The translations under genes were made by a program, and so were the position numbers. From IMG/VR virus record IMGVR_UViG_3300010048_000041, positions 1-24,416 of that record: a stretch of 24,416 bases of DNA. One strand, 5' to 3'. Positions 1 to 7,826 of this stretch are shown piece after piece. The notes beneath the pieces are model-generated. The model did no database searches. It worked only from the letters and a program-made list of their open reading frames with translations, and was not told where the DNA came from. Source of the stretch: a virus. Lineage: Duplodnaviria > Caudoviricetes. Position 1 is the stretch's first letter. Each line of letters begins with the position of its first letter.

Positions 1-1
1 C

Positions 2-886
2 GTATGGGACCACGGTACCGACACAACCATGGTCAACAACCAGGCCGCAACCGTCGCCGCTATGCGAACCGGCTCAGCTGGGCCGCAAGGTCCGCAAGGT
101 CCACAAGGCAACCAAGGTCCAGCTGGTCCTGCCGGACCCCAAGGGACTCAGGGACCAGCTGGAACGCAAGGTCCCCAAGGGGTCGCCGGAGCTACCGGAC
201 CCGCAGGTCCACAAGGAAACACGGGAGCAACTGGAATTCAGGGACCGATCGGTCCCGCCGGTCCTACAGCCGTCAGTGCCAATGCGGGCAACCAAGCGAC
301 TTTGGGAACCGACAATCTAATATTCGTCCCGTTGACGCCAAGTGCGTCCAACGGCAATCCAACAATGGACGGTACGGCAGCCCCAGGAACGGCGACTTCT
401 TGGTCGCGGGGCGATCACGTTCATCCGAGTGATACGTCGCGGATGCCATTGTTTGGTGTCACTAATGGAAACCCGGCGCAAGCTGGAACCCTCGGCGAAG
501 TCTTATCGACTAGTGTAACGACCGGTGTGACGATGGCAACCGGAGCCACGGTCAACGTAGGGACTTTGGCGCTGACTGCAGGTGATTGGGACGTAGCTGG
601 CGTTGTAAACATAACTGGAGCCGGCAATGCCGCACCGTCAACAGTAAGTGCCGGCATCGGAACCACCTCGGCCACGCTACCGACGCCAGCTCAGATCGCA
701 GCCGGAAGCGGCATGTTGCATTCGCTACACGCGACCTTCGCCTCCAACACAGCTCAATCATTGCCACTAGCATCGACTCGTATAAACGTCACTGCCAACA
801 CCAACGTTTATCTAACAGCATCAGCAACGTTCTCGACGGGTAGCGCAACGGCAACTGGTTACGTTTGGGCTCGACGGGCGAGGTAA
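2..886 (+). CDS. Collagen-like fibre protein (head or tail fibre), probably 5'-truncated
   Basis: Frame is open from position 2 (VWDHGTDTT) into the track ORF 29..886. It has 22 Gly-X-Y triplets, then the fibre-type motifs [21 protein letters not shown] and [13 protein letters not shown], and a Thr/Ala/Gly beta-rich C-terminal domain. ATG 29 may or may not be the start. Confidence 0.8.
   Translation, partial: VWDHGTDTTMVNNQAATVAAMRTGSAGPQGPQGPQGNQGPAGPAGPQGTQGPAGTQGPQGVAGATGPAGPQGNTGATGIQGPIGPAGPTAVSANAGNQATLGTDNLIFVPLTPSASNGNPTMDGTAAPGTATSWSRGDHVHPSDTSRMPLFGVTNGNPAQAGTLGEVLSTSVTTGVTMATGATVNVGTLALTAGDWDVAGVVNITGAGNAAPSTVSAGIGTTSATLPTPAQIAAGSGMLHSLHATFASNTAQSLPLASTRINVTANTNVYLTASATFSTGSATATGYVWARRAR
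71..268 (+). repeat. Collagen Gly-X-Y repeat, 22 triplets
   Basis: [18 protein letters not shown] ... GPI GPA GPT, read directly; 9-nt periodicity in the DNA. Confidence 0.95.
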
Positions 887-893
887 CGTCAGT

Positions 894-2429
894 ATGGTCT
901 GCGTAATGCTCGACGGTTTTGACAAGTACGGCGTCGCCCCTAATTTTAGCAATACAGTCTCTGTCCCCAATTTATTAGCACAGGAATGGACCCAAGTTTC
1001 GTCTCAAGGAGCACAGATAGTTGCTGGACTGAGTGCCACAGGTTACGCGATAGGTAATTTAACTAACGGCGCAGGCGTGACTAAGAATTTCCCGTCGAAT
1101 TACACTCGATTAATCGGTGGTCTTAGATTTCAAATTCAAACTCTATCTGGCGGGGCTGCCAACGGACCGTATATTCAATTTTTAGATAGTGCAACGGCAC
1201 AATGTTCGATACGAATGACCGACTCCACTATGCGAATTGGACTTTACAACGGATTATCTAATGGAACGCTTATAGCGAATATTCCAAATATAATATCCCA
1301 AGGTTCAATTCATTATCTCGAATGGGATTTGACATTCTCGGCAACAGGTGCTTATCAAATCTGGCTCGACGGCGTGTCGGTTCTGTCGGGAACCGGAAAT
1401 TTACATACGACAACTAACAACACCGCGAATGGAATCTCGATTGCAGCGCCAGCCGGAGCCGTCAATACATTAGTCGTTGACGATTTTTATCTATTTGACT
1501 CAACTGGAACAACCAACAATACTGCCGTGAATACGTGTCCACGAGTCGAGACTGTGTTTCCAGTTTCCGACAACCAGGCTCAATTCACGTTTGGTCTGGC
1601 AGCAATCGGGCACACAACACCGGCATTTACGACAACCGGAACTTCAATTGGAGCTAATGGATCGTACTACCAACCAATTACTCCAGCCGTCAATTGCACT
1701 CTTAACAGTGTAGATATTACGGCGCAGGCGACTAGTCCGACACTTCAAACGCAAGCATTTGTCTATACCAACAGTGCAGGCGGCGTTCCGGGAACACTAT
1801 TGACTAACGGGGCTGGCACTGTCGTTACAGGATGTACTACGGGCCAAGTATTGTCTATGCCGTTTGCAACCCCGCCAACATTGACTGCAGGAACGACATA
1901 TTGGATTGGCTTTATGGCTAGTCTGACGGTATCCGGCTTCGCCGTTTCGTATAACAATCAAACTGACGCCCGCTCGGCAACGATTACGTTTACGTCAGGA
2001 CCGCCATCAACAGCGCCAACGACCACAGCAATTGCAAATCTCGCATTGTGGGCGCAGATAACGCCATCGACGCCGGTGAATTACTTAGAAAATATTCCAG
2101 CACCACAGTTAAATACCGCGTTTCAACAATATGTGCAGTCGACAACTGTTACTAACGAAGACCTTTTTAATATGGGGGCACTGACGTTAGCGTCGCCAAC
2201 AATCTATGTTTGCGGGACGAAAGTTGCAATGGCCTTATCCGGCGCCGGTACGCGAACCGGAAGCGTCCATACGAAATCCGGTACTACGGACGTCGGTGCC
2301 ACATCAGTAACTCCGGCGATATCTTGGCTCTGGGAAAGTCAATATCTGGGAACCGACCCAAATACCGGCGCAGCATGGACGCTTGCAGGAGCAAACGCAG
2401 CACAGGCGGGATACCGACTTGACACCTGA
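894..2429 (+). CDS. Thr/Gly-rich beta-sandwich virion protein (lectin/ConA-like fold suspected; fibre or receptor-binding candidate)
   Basis: 511 aa with SD GAGGT at 881-885. Beta-strand pattern (HYLEWDLTF...YQIWLDG...VVDDFYLFD) and a C-terminal DPNTGAAWT motif I associate with phage structural proteins. The fold is inferred. Confidence 0.65.
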   Translation: MVCVMLDGFDKYGVAPNFSNTVSVPNLLAQEWTQVSSQGAQIVAGLSATGYAIGNLTNGAGVTKNFPSNYTRLIGGLRFQIQTLSGGAANGPYIQFLDSATAQCSIRMTDSTMRIGLYNGLSNGTLIANIPNIISQGSIHYLEWDLTFSATGAYQIWLDGVSVLSGTGNLHTTTNNTANGISIAAPAGAVNTLVVDDFYLFDSTGTTNNTAVNTCPRVETVFPVSDNQAQFTFGLAAIGHTTPAFTTTGTSIGANGSYYQPITPAVNCTLNSVDITAQATSPTLQTQAFVYTNSAGGVPGTLLTNGAGTVVTGCTTGQVLSMPFATPPTLTAGTTYWIGFMASLTVSGFAVSYNNQTDARSATITFTSGPPSTAPTTTAIANLALWAQITPSTPVNYLENIPAPQLNTAFQQYVQSTTVTNEDLFNMGALTLASPTIYVCGTKVAMALSGAGTRTGSVHTKSGTTDVGATSVTPAISWLWESQYLGTDPNTGAAWTLAGANAAQAGYRLDT

Positions 2430-3798
2430 AGAACTAAACAACGAGGGTATTGTCCAATACCGACGAGGCAATTATGCCAAAGCCAGAGCCTTGTACAGTC
2501 AGGCGTACCGGCAAGATCGCAGCTTTGTTGCGCCGCTTGCGAACCTGGCCCATGTTCTCGGACTCCAAGGCCATCTCGAAGCCGCAGTTAGCTGTTTGCG
2601 TCGGATCACGGCACTTGCTCCTGAAGACTACAACCAATGGCTCGCTCTGGGAAACGCGTTACTTCGTCTCGAACGATACACCGAATGCAAAGGTCCGTTG
2701 GTACACGCGAGCCGGCTTCGACCTGAGCAACCTGACATCTGGCATAACCTCGCCCTCGTTGCGTACCGACAGCAAGATTACGACGAAGCGGAGATTCTAT
2801 TAAACAAGGTTATCGAACTCGGTCACGATGATCATCACGCGTTGTTCGACTTGGCCCACGCCAAGATGGCGCAGGGGAAACTGACTGAGGGCTTGGCACT
2901 TTATGAGTCGCGATGGCATACCCTTGTCCACAGCCCTGCATGGGATTTTCACATCCCCGAGTGGCGAGGAGAGGATCTTACCGACAAACGAATACTGGTT
3001 CACCTTGAACAAGGTTATGGTGACACGATTATGTGCAGTCGCTTCCTCGGTGCACTCAAAGGTCAGGTTACGTTTGCCGTCAGTCCAAATCTTATCCGTC
3101 TATTCGACGAACAGAATTGGGGAATCGACGTTATCAACTGGGGATCATTATCTGATAACGCGAACCAGATTTACGACTTTCATACACCCATGTTCTCAAT
3201 GATGCGATGGATGGGAATTGAGCCAATCGACATCGTGCCGGAACCATATCTGACGGCAGATCCAAACAGTGGCTATCAGATTCCGCGGAACGGATCATTT
3301 GACGTCGGTATCTGTTGGGCCTCGGGCGATCACGGACAGAAGATCAACTGGAGGCGCCGAGTCAGCGACCTAAAGGACTGGCTCCAATTGGCCGAGGTTC
3401 CTGACGTGAGGCTCTGGTCGCTCCAAAAGGACGAGAGCAGAAACCAAATCGCCGAACTCGGCGCTGAAGCCCTAGTCGGCGATGTTATGGACGATATGAC
3501 CGACTGGCTCGATACTGCCAACTTCATCAAACAGTTGGACTTGGTGATATCCGTCGACACCGCGGTCGTTCACCTCGCCGGGGCGCTCGGTGTGCCGGTC
3601 TGGATGATCAGTCAGTATTCTCCGTGTTGGCGGTGGTGGGACATCGACAACGGAACCGGGCGACCGTGGTACGACGATATCTCGATCATCCAGCAGAAGT
3701 CGCCAGGTGATTGGAAATCGGCCCTGGCGGAAATCAAACTCGACCTAAAGTGCATCTGTATGAGTGAAATGAGTTTGTCTGAACTTCAGGAGGTTTAA
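2383..3798 (+). CDS. TPR-repeat glycosyltransferase (GT-B, GT9/heptosyltransferase-like C-terminal domain)
   Basis: The first ~180 aa are TPR-like helices. They are followed by WRGEDL..KRILVHLEQGYGDTI..RF, VGICWASG and DTANFIKQLDLVISVDTAVVHLAGALGVPVW. The true start may be TTG 2419, which overlaps the end of the upstream gene. Confidence 0.9.
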   Translation: MQEQTQHRRDTDLTPEELNNEGIVQYRRGNYAKARALYSQAYRQDRSFVAPLANLAHVLGLQGHLEAAVSCLRRITALAPEDYNQWLALGNALLRLERYTECKGPLVHASRLRPEQPDIWHNLALVAYRQQDYDEAEILLNKVIELGHDDHHALFDLAHAKMAQGKLTEGLALYESRWHTLVHSPAWDFHIPEWRGEDLTDKRILVHLEQGYGDTIMCSRFLGALKGQVTFAVSPNLIRLFDEQNWGIDVINWGSLSDNANQIYDFHTPMFSMMRWMGIEPIDIVPEPYLTADPNSGYQIPRNGSFDVGICWASGDHGQKINWRRRVSDLKDWLQLAEVPDVRLWSLQKDESRNQIAELGAEALVGDVMDDMTDWLDTANFIKQLDLVISVDTAVVHLAGALGVPVWMISQYSPCWRWWDIDNGTGRPWYDDISIIQQKSPGDWKSALAEIKLDLKCICMSEMSLSELQEV

Positions 3799-3799
3799 C

Positions 3800-4006
3800 A
3801 TGGCATCGATGGCAAAGTCCGGAACTTCTTCGCCCTACACGTACACGATTACCGACATGGGCGGCAACCAGATGACCGTTCAGTTGACCGTCAACTCGAT
3901 CACCGGGAACACGATTGTTCTCGGCGGGACGGGTGGCGTTCACTCGGATGGGATGGCGATGTTGTCGACGTTGATATTGGAACTCCAGACGGGACTCGTG
4001 CCCTGA
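3800..4006 (+). CDS. Small hypothetical protein, 68 aa
   Basis: Strong SD AGGAGGT at 3788-3794; abuts the upstream stop. Confidence 0.75.
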   Translation: MASMAKSGTSSPYTYTITDMGGNQMTVQLTVNSITGNTIVLGGTGGVHSDGMAMLSTLILELQTGLVP

Positions 4007-4233
4007 CGTTCAGCCCGCCCATAAGAAGCGAGCCCTATATACAGAGATTTGGGGCTCGCTACCGCGACCAGTCGGCAAGATCAAATCAGACCTGTGTTGT
4101 GTGTCATCTATGGGTCCAGACGCCAGAGGACAAAACTTCATCAGCGCCGATACAATCGACTTGCCAGGTTGTCATTGGCCAAGTCCATTCGACCGGTTGG
4201 TGCCGGTATTGGGGACGAGGAACGGAGACATGA
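4003..4233 (+). CDS. HiPIP-like (high-potential iron-sulfur protein) four-Cys protein, 76 aa, probable CTG start
   Basis: Not in the ORF track. Translation: (M)TFSPPIRSEPYIQRFGARYRDQSARSNQTCVVCHLWVQTPEDKTSSAPIQSTCQVVIGQVHSTGWCRYWGRGTET. It matches the HiPIP pattern Y-x-D..CxxC..C-x-VV-x-G-x-V-xxx-GWCxxW. CTGA overlaps the upstream stop and ATGA overlaps the downstream start. Confidence 0.75.
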   Translation: MTFSPPIRSEPYIQRFGARYRDQSARSNQTCVVCHLWVQTPEDKTSSAPIQSTCQVVIGQVHSTGWCRYWGRGTET

Positions 4234-4514
4234 ACAAATTCATTGTGTTGGCAGGGGCACTGTGGACGTTGACGGCATGTCAGCAGCCAACGATCGAACC
4301 GGCAGCAGCTCCCACACCGACTGTAATACCGGCTCCAATGCCAGCAGTTGCTCCGTTGCCGCCGCCTATCGTCGAAGTCGTTCCGCGACCCAGGATGTAC
4401 TATCGGCACCATATCCGACACACGCGGGCGTACTACTACAGCCGACATCGCCACCGCCATTATCGGAGGTACGTTCGGCACTCTAGCGGAGCCACTATTC
4501 CCCCAAGTCGATAA
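4230..4514 (+). CDS. Lipoprotein with Pro-rich linker and Arg/His/Tyr-rich C-terminus (possible lysis accessory)
   Basis: ATG 4230 preceded by GAGGAACGGAG. The signal peptide MNKFIVLAGALWTLTA|C carries lipobox LTAC. This is the C-terminal 94 aa of track ORF 4101..4514. Confidence 0.75.
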   Translation: MNKFIVLAGALWTLTACQQPTIEPAAAPTPTVIPAPMPAVAPLPPPIVEVVPRPRMYYRHHIRHTRAYYYSRHRHRHYRRYVRHSSGATIPPSR

Positions 4515-4525
4515 TTGGTGTTCCC

Positions 4526-4777
4526 ATGTCCCATGCAGCGTTCAACATCACTCCGTCGGACACTATAAACCTTCCGGGCGCCACCGTCGGCGGAATATTC
4601 GTAGGCGGCGCTGGAAACCTGACGGTTCAACCGCTGGCGGGCGGTCCAGCAGTGACTTTCACTGGGATTACCGCCGGAACCTTGCTCCCGATAATCGCCA
4701 ACAAAGTCTTTGCGACTGGTACTACGGCAACCGCTATGGTTGGGTTCCCAACTGCTGCAACCAGTCGTGGCGGATAA
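4526..4777 (+). CDS. Head spike base protein, RcGTA Rcc01079-like
   Basis: Pattern ITPSDT..L....GIFVGGAGNLTV.....VTF.GI.AGTLLPI...KVFATGTTAT recognised as that family; 83 aa. Confidence 0.8.
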   Translation: MSHAAFNITPSDTINLPGATVGGIFVGGAGNLTVQPLAGGPAVTFTGITAGTLLPIIANKVFATGTTATAMVGFPTAATSRGG

Positions 4778-4991
4778 CAGAGAAGACGAACCTGTGGGTA
4801 TAGCATCTTCAGTCACCCGCCTGGGTCAGTCGCTAGTTTCGGCTTTGCCTCCGGCGTTTATATTGTTGGTGTTGATTAATATCGTGTTCCTCGGCGTCGT
4901 TATGTGGTTTCTGGACTCTGAAACAGAACAACGGATGGTTTTGGTGGACAAACTCCTTGAGCGTTGTTTATCAACGCCGATCCCGAAATAG
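4767..4991 (+). CDS. Single-pass membrane protein, holin candidate
   Basis: One hydrophobic segment AFILLVLINIVFLGVVMWFL, directly upstream of the endolysin. Start uncertain (GTG 4767 or GTG 4794; the track starts at 4710). Confidence 0.6.
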   Translation: MADNREDEPVGIASSVTRLGQSLVSALPPAFILLVLINIVFLGVVMWFLDSETEQRMVLVDKLLERCLSTPIPK

Positions 4992-5004
4992 CAGGAGACA
5001 AGTC

Positions 5005-5526
5005 ATGGACGCCGCAACCTTCCTGACGGAGATGATCAAGCCGGGCGTAACGTTGTTGTCGGCACTGACTAACGGTAGGCCGAGTGTCAGCGACAACGCG
5101 AACCGAATGCTCCTGGCGATTGCTCAGCAGGAGTCAGGGCCGAACCTAAACGCCCGATACCAGAACAGTCCCTCGGCGTCGCCCGGTCCCGCCCGTGGTT
5201 GGTGGCAATTCGAACAGGGCGGTGGCGTCACTGGAGTCATCAACCATTCCGCCACCAAGAGCATGGTCGTTCAAGTCACCAATGCTCTGACCATCGTAAA
5301 TCAACCGGCTGCAGTTTGGCGTGCGCTCGAAGGTCACGACCTGTTGGCGTGTTGCTTTGCTAGGTTGTTACTTTGGACCGATCCCGGAGCGTTACCGACA
5401 ACACAGCAGGCCGGTTGGAATTGTTATTTGAATTTGTGGCGGCCGGGAAAGCCAAAGCCCGACGCGTGGCCCGGAAATTGGGCTAACGCCGACGCTACGA
5501 TCAAACTATCGTCAGGCGGGGCGTAG
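5005..5526 (+). CDS. Endolysin candidate, lysozyme/transglycosylase-like fold
   Basis: SD AGGAG at 4993-4997 before ATG 5005. It has LLAIAQQES (putative catalytic Glu) and GPARGWWQFE motifs, plus YLNLWRPGKP; 173 aa. Confidence 0.75.
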   Translation: MDAATFLTEMIKPGVTLLSALTNGRPSVSDNANRMLLAIAQQESGPNLNARYQNSPSASPGPARGWWQFEQGGGVTGVINHSATKSMVVQVTNALTIVNQPAAVWRALEGHDLLACCFARLLLWTDPGALPTTQQAGWNCYLNLWRPGKPKPDAWPGNWANADATIKLSSGGA

Positions 5527-5532
5527 CTGGGA

Positions 5533-5670
5533 ATGTATAAGCCACACGGAAGGTTGACTTTTACTATCGTCAAGGGGGCAAATTTGTTCGACTGGCCCGA
5601 GATATTGGCCTTATTGGTTATCTTTGGTCTGACCACAGGACTTGTTCTCTGTGCCCTACAACAACATTAG
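5533..5670 (+). CDS. Micro membrane protein (45 aa, or 28 aa from TTG 5584)
   Basis: Below the track cutoff: MYKPHGRLTFTIVKGANLFDWPEILALLVIFGLTTGLVLCALQQH. It fills the gap between endolysin and protease; purine run AAGGGGG precedes TTG 5584. Confidence 0.45.
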   Translation: MYKPHGRLTFTIVKGANLFDWPEILALLVIFGLTTGLVLCALQQH

Positions 5671-7786
5671 AGATTTACCCGCAGCTGTTAGGGACAAGTT
5701 CAAAAACAAACCCAAGCGTCTGCGGCAGTTTATGCATGTTTGGAACAGCAGTTACGACAGACACAACGACGAGAGCCGGGCATTCGCCGAGGCTTGGTCG
5801 ACCGTTCAGAAAGGACGCGACGTCATGACCGACCAATTCAACTTCTTTCTGCCGATCACGAAGGTCGACGAGAAGCGACGCACGGTATCCGGTTACGCCA
5901 GTACGCCGACCCTTGACTTGGACGGCGAGGTGGTCTCGCTAGATGCCGTCAAGAAAGCCCTGCCGGGTTATATGGAATGGCGAAACATTCGCGAGATGCA
6001 CACGAGTTCGGCAGTTGGAGTCGCTAAAGAGGCCAACGTTGATGGAACAGGTCTTTTTCTTACAGCCAAGATTGTTGACGACGAAGCCTGGCAAAAGTGC
6101 ATCGAGCAGGTCTATAAAGGCTTCTCAATCGGCGGCAAAAAACTTGCTAAACAAGGTAATACGATCACAGACATCGACCTTGTTGAAATATCCGTTGTCG
6201 ATAGACCGGCGAACCCTGATTGTCGTTTCGCCGTGCATAAGCGGGCCAATCTTGACGACGATAGCCCCGTTCCTGCTCATCTAATTAAGATGAAGTCACA
6301 AGAGCAAGTATTGATCAAGAGCTTGTTGAAGCACATAAGAATCCTTGAGAAGAAAGCTGAGTTCCCTGGGTCGACGGCGCCCGCGGCCAGAGACGGCTTT
6401 AGTCTGCCGGCGAAGCCCCTAAAGAAAAACAAGAAATGTGCGGCTCACGGACTGAAGAAATGCCCACTATGCAAAGCCGTCAAGACTCAACTTCAGCCAC
6501 CGGACAAGACCCAAATTCAAGACAATCCATTCGAACGGAAGAAGGTCAAGAAACGTGAGTTTACGTCCGAGCAACGTAGCCGAGCTGCCTCATCAGGTGC
6601 CGCTATGCCAGACGGCAGCTTCCCTATTGAGAACCGAGGCGATCTGGATAATGCTCGTCAGGCTGTCGGTCGATCTAAAAATCCCGGTGCGGCCAGAGCC
6701 CACATTAGGTCACGAGCCCAGGCGCTCGGCGTGAAGTTACCGGACAATTGGAGCAAAAAGGAAGCCAAACTCCTAATCAAGGTGGAGGAACTCCGTCGCG
6801 ACTTGGAACAATTCTCCCTCCCAGGGGATGGGATGACCTTAAAGAAGTCTTTGGGGCCTAATCTAGACTTGAAAAAGAGCGTTCAAACTGGAACTGAGAC
6901 TACCGACTTCAACGACGATCTAGGAGCTACGACTATGACGGAAAACACAAGTCTGGATCAGGTGCTCGAAGCCCTGATTAAGCGAGGAAGGACACTAACG
7001 AAGGCCCAGCACATGGCAGTCGCTAAGGCCAACATCAAGAAAGCCCGCAAAGCTCGGCAGTCGGCGATGGATGACATCAAAGAGTGCCACGCGATGCACA
7101 AGGCCAGTTACCTGTCCAAGGCGACCAAGGCATCGAAGCCGAAACCTGACAACGATGACGACGATTTCGACCACACCGGCGCGATGGAGAAACTCAGCAA
7201 AGCCTACGGAAGTCTCGACGCCATGAAGACATTCATGAAAGCCGCGTCGATGCATCTTAAGAAGGCCGCCAGCGGTCGGGCTGGTCAACGTGGCGAGGAA
7301 GTTGGTGACTCCAAGGCACCCTGGTACACCGTGCCACCGGGTATCCATGACATGTCGCCGTCGGAGATCGCAACCGCTGGCCCAGGTGGCGACAATCACG
7401 GCTCGACGCCGCCGCTGGTAACACTCGACGAGCGTTATCCGGGCAAATCGGCCAAAGTCAAGAAGCCCAGCGGCATGATCTCAGCGGAACATGCGGAGGC
7501 ATTGGTCCGTGCTGCCGCCGCCGAGGCTGAGGCCAACCTGTTGAAGTCGATGCCCTCCGGCGGTAAGCGGCCGATGGCCTTCGACGTCAGCAAGCTCGCC
7601 GACAACGGAGGCGACAAGACCGCCGCTGCGGCGTCGTTGTTGAGCGGCGTTGAGGCAGCCGGTCTTGCGTCTGACGACGAGAACGTTCGCAAGGCTTCGG
7701 TCGGACGCCTGCTTGGCAACATGATCATGGGCGGCCACGGGCGGTCGGTATTCGATCCGGCCTTCCACGGCAGCGCCGGCGGCTAA
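5651..7786 (+). CDS. ChaB-domain / HK97-type prohead protease / scaffold fusion protein
   Basis: GTG 5651 gives MPYNNIRDLPAAVR (ChaB-type start; F...WNS.Y...DESRAF..AW). Protease motifs VSGYAST..D.DGE, IREMH, GFSIGG and LVEISVVDRPANP follow, then a charged helical C-terminal half. Lies immediately upstream of the capsid gene. Confidence 0.88.
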   Translation: MPYNNIRDLPAAVRDKFKNKPKRLRQFMHVWNSSYDRHNDESRAFAEAWSTVQKGRDVMTDQFNFFLPITKVDEKRRTVSGYASTPTLDLDGEVVSLDAVKKALPGYMEWRNIREMHTSSAVGVAKEANVDGTGLFLTAKIVDDEAWQKCIEQVYKGFSIGGKKLAKQGNTITDIDLVEISVVDRPANPDCRFAVHKRANLDDDSPVPAHLIKMKSQEQVLIKSLLKHIRILEKKAEFPGSTAPAARDGFSLPAKPLKKNKKCAAHGLKKCPLCKAVKTQLQPPDKTQIQDNPFERKKVKKREFTSEQRSRAASSGAAMPDGSFPIENRGDLDNARQAVGRSKNPGAARAHIRSRAQALGVKLPDNWSKKEAKLLIKVEELRRDLEQFSLPGDGMTLKKSLGPNLDLKKSVQTGTETTDFNDDLGATTMTENTSLDQVLEALIKRGRTLTKAQHMAVAKANIKKARKARQSAMDDIKECHAMHKASYLSKATKASKPKPDNDDDDFDHTGAMEKLSKAYGSLDAMKTFMKAASMHLKKAASGRAGQRGEEVGDSKAPWYTVPPGIHDMSPSEIATAGPGGDNHGSTPPLVTLDERYPGKSAKVKKPSGMISAEHAEALVRAAAAEAEANLLKSMPSGGKRPMAFDVSKLADNGGDKTAAAASLLSGVEAAGLASDDENVRKASVGRLLGNMIMGGHGRSVFDPAFHGSAGG
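6935..7786 (+). CDS. Putative scaffold protein from in-frame internal start
   Basis: AGGAG at 6922-6926 precedes in-frame ATG 6935 (MTENTSLDQVLEAL...). Analogous to lambda C/Nu3. Confidence 0.55.
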   Translation: MTENTSLDQVLEALIKRGRTLTKAQHMAVAKANIKKARKARQSAMDDIKECHAMHKASYLSKATKASKPKPDNDDDDFDHTGAMEKLSKAYGSLDAMKTFMKAASMHLKKAASGRAGQRGEEVGDSKAPWYTVPPGIHDMSPSEIATAGPGGDNHGSTPPLVTLDERYPGKSAKVKKPSGMISAEHAEALVRAAAAEAEANLLKSMPSGGKRPMAFDVSKLADNGGDKTAAAASLLSGVEAAGLASDDENVRKASVGRLLGNMIMGGHGRSVFDPAFHGSAGG

Positions 7787-7826
7787 CCGACAGATCCTCG
7801 CAACATAAATTTTCGGGAGATACCTT

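Noticed and set aside
4027-4060. Inverted repeat AGCGAGCCC-N16-GGGCTCGCT as an intrinsic terminator
   Set aside because: The loop is long, there is no U-tract on the + strand and only TCTTAT on the - strand, and it lies inside the HiPIP-like frame. A role in translational control is not excluded.
4049-4486. Track ORFs 4049..4486 and the 4101 start of the lipoprotein
   Set aside because: Better explained by the HiPIP-like frame plus ATG 4230 with SD and signal peptide.
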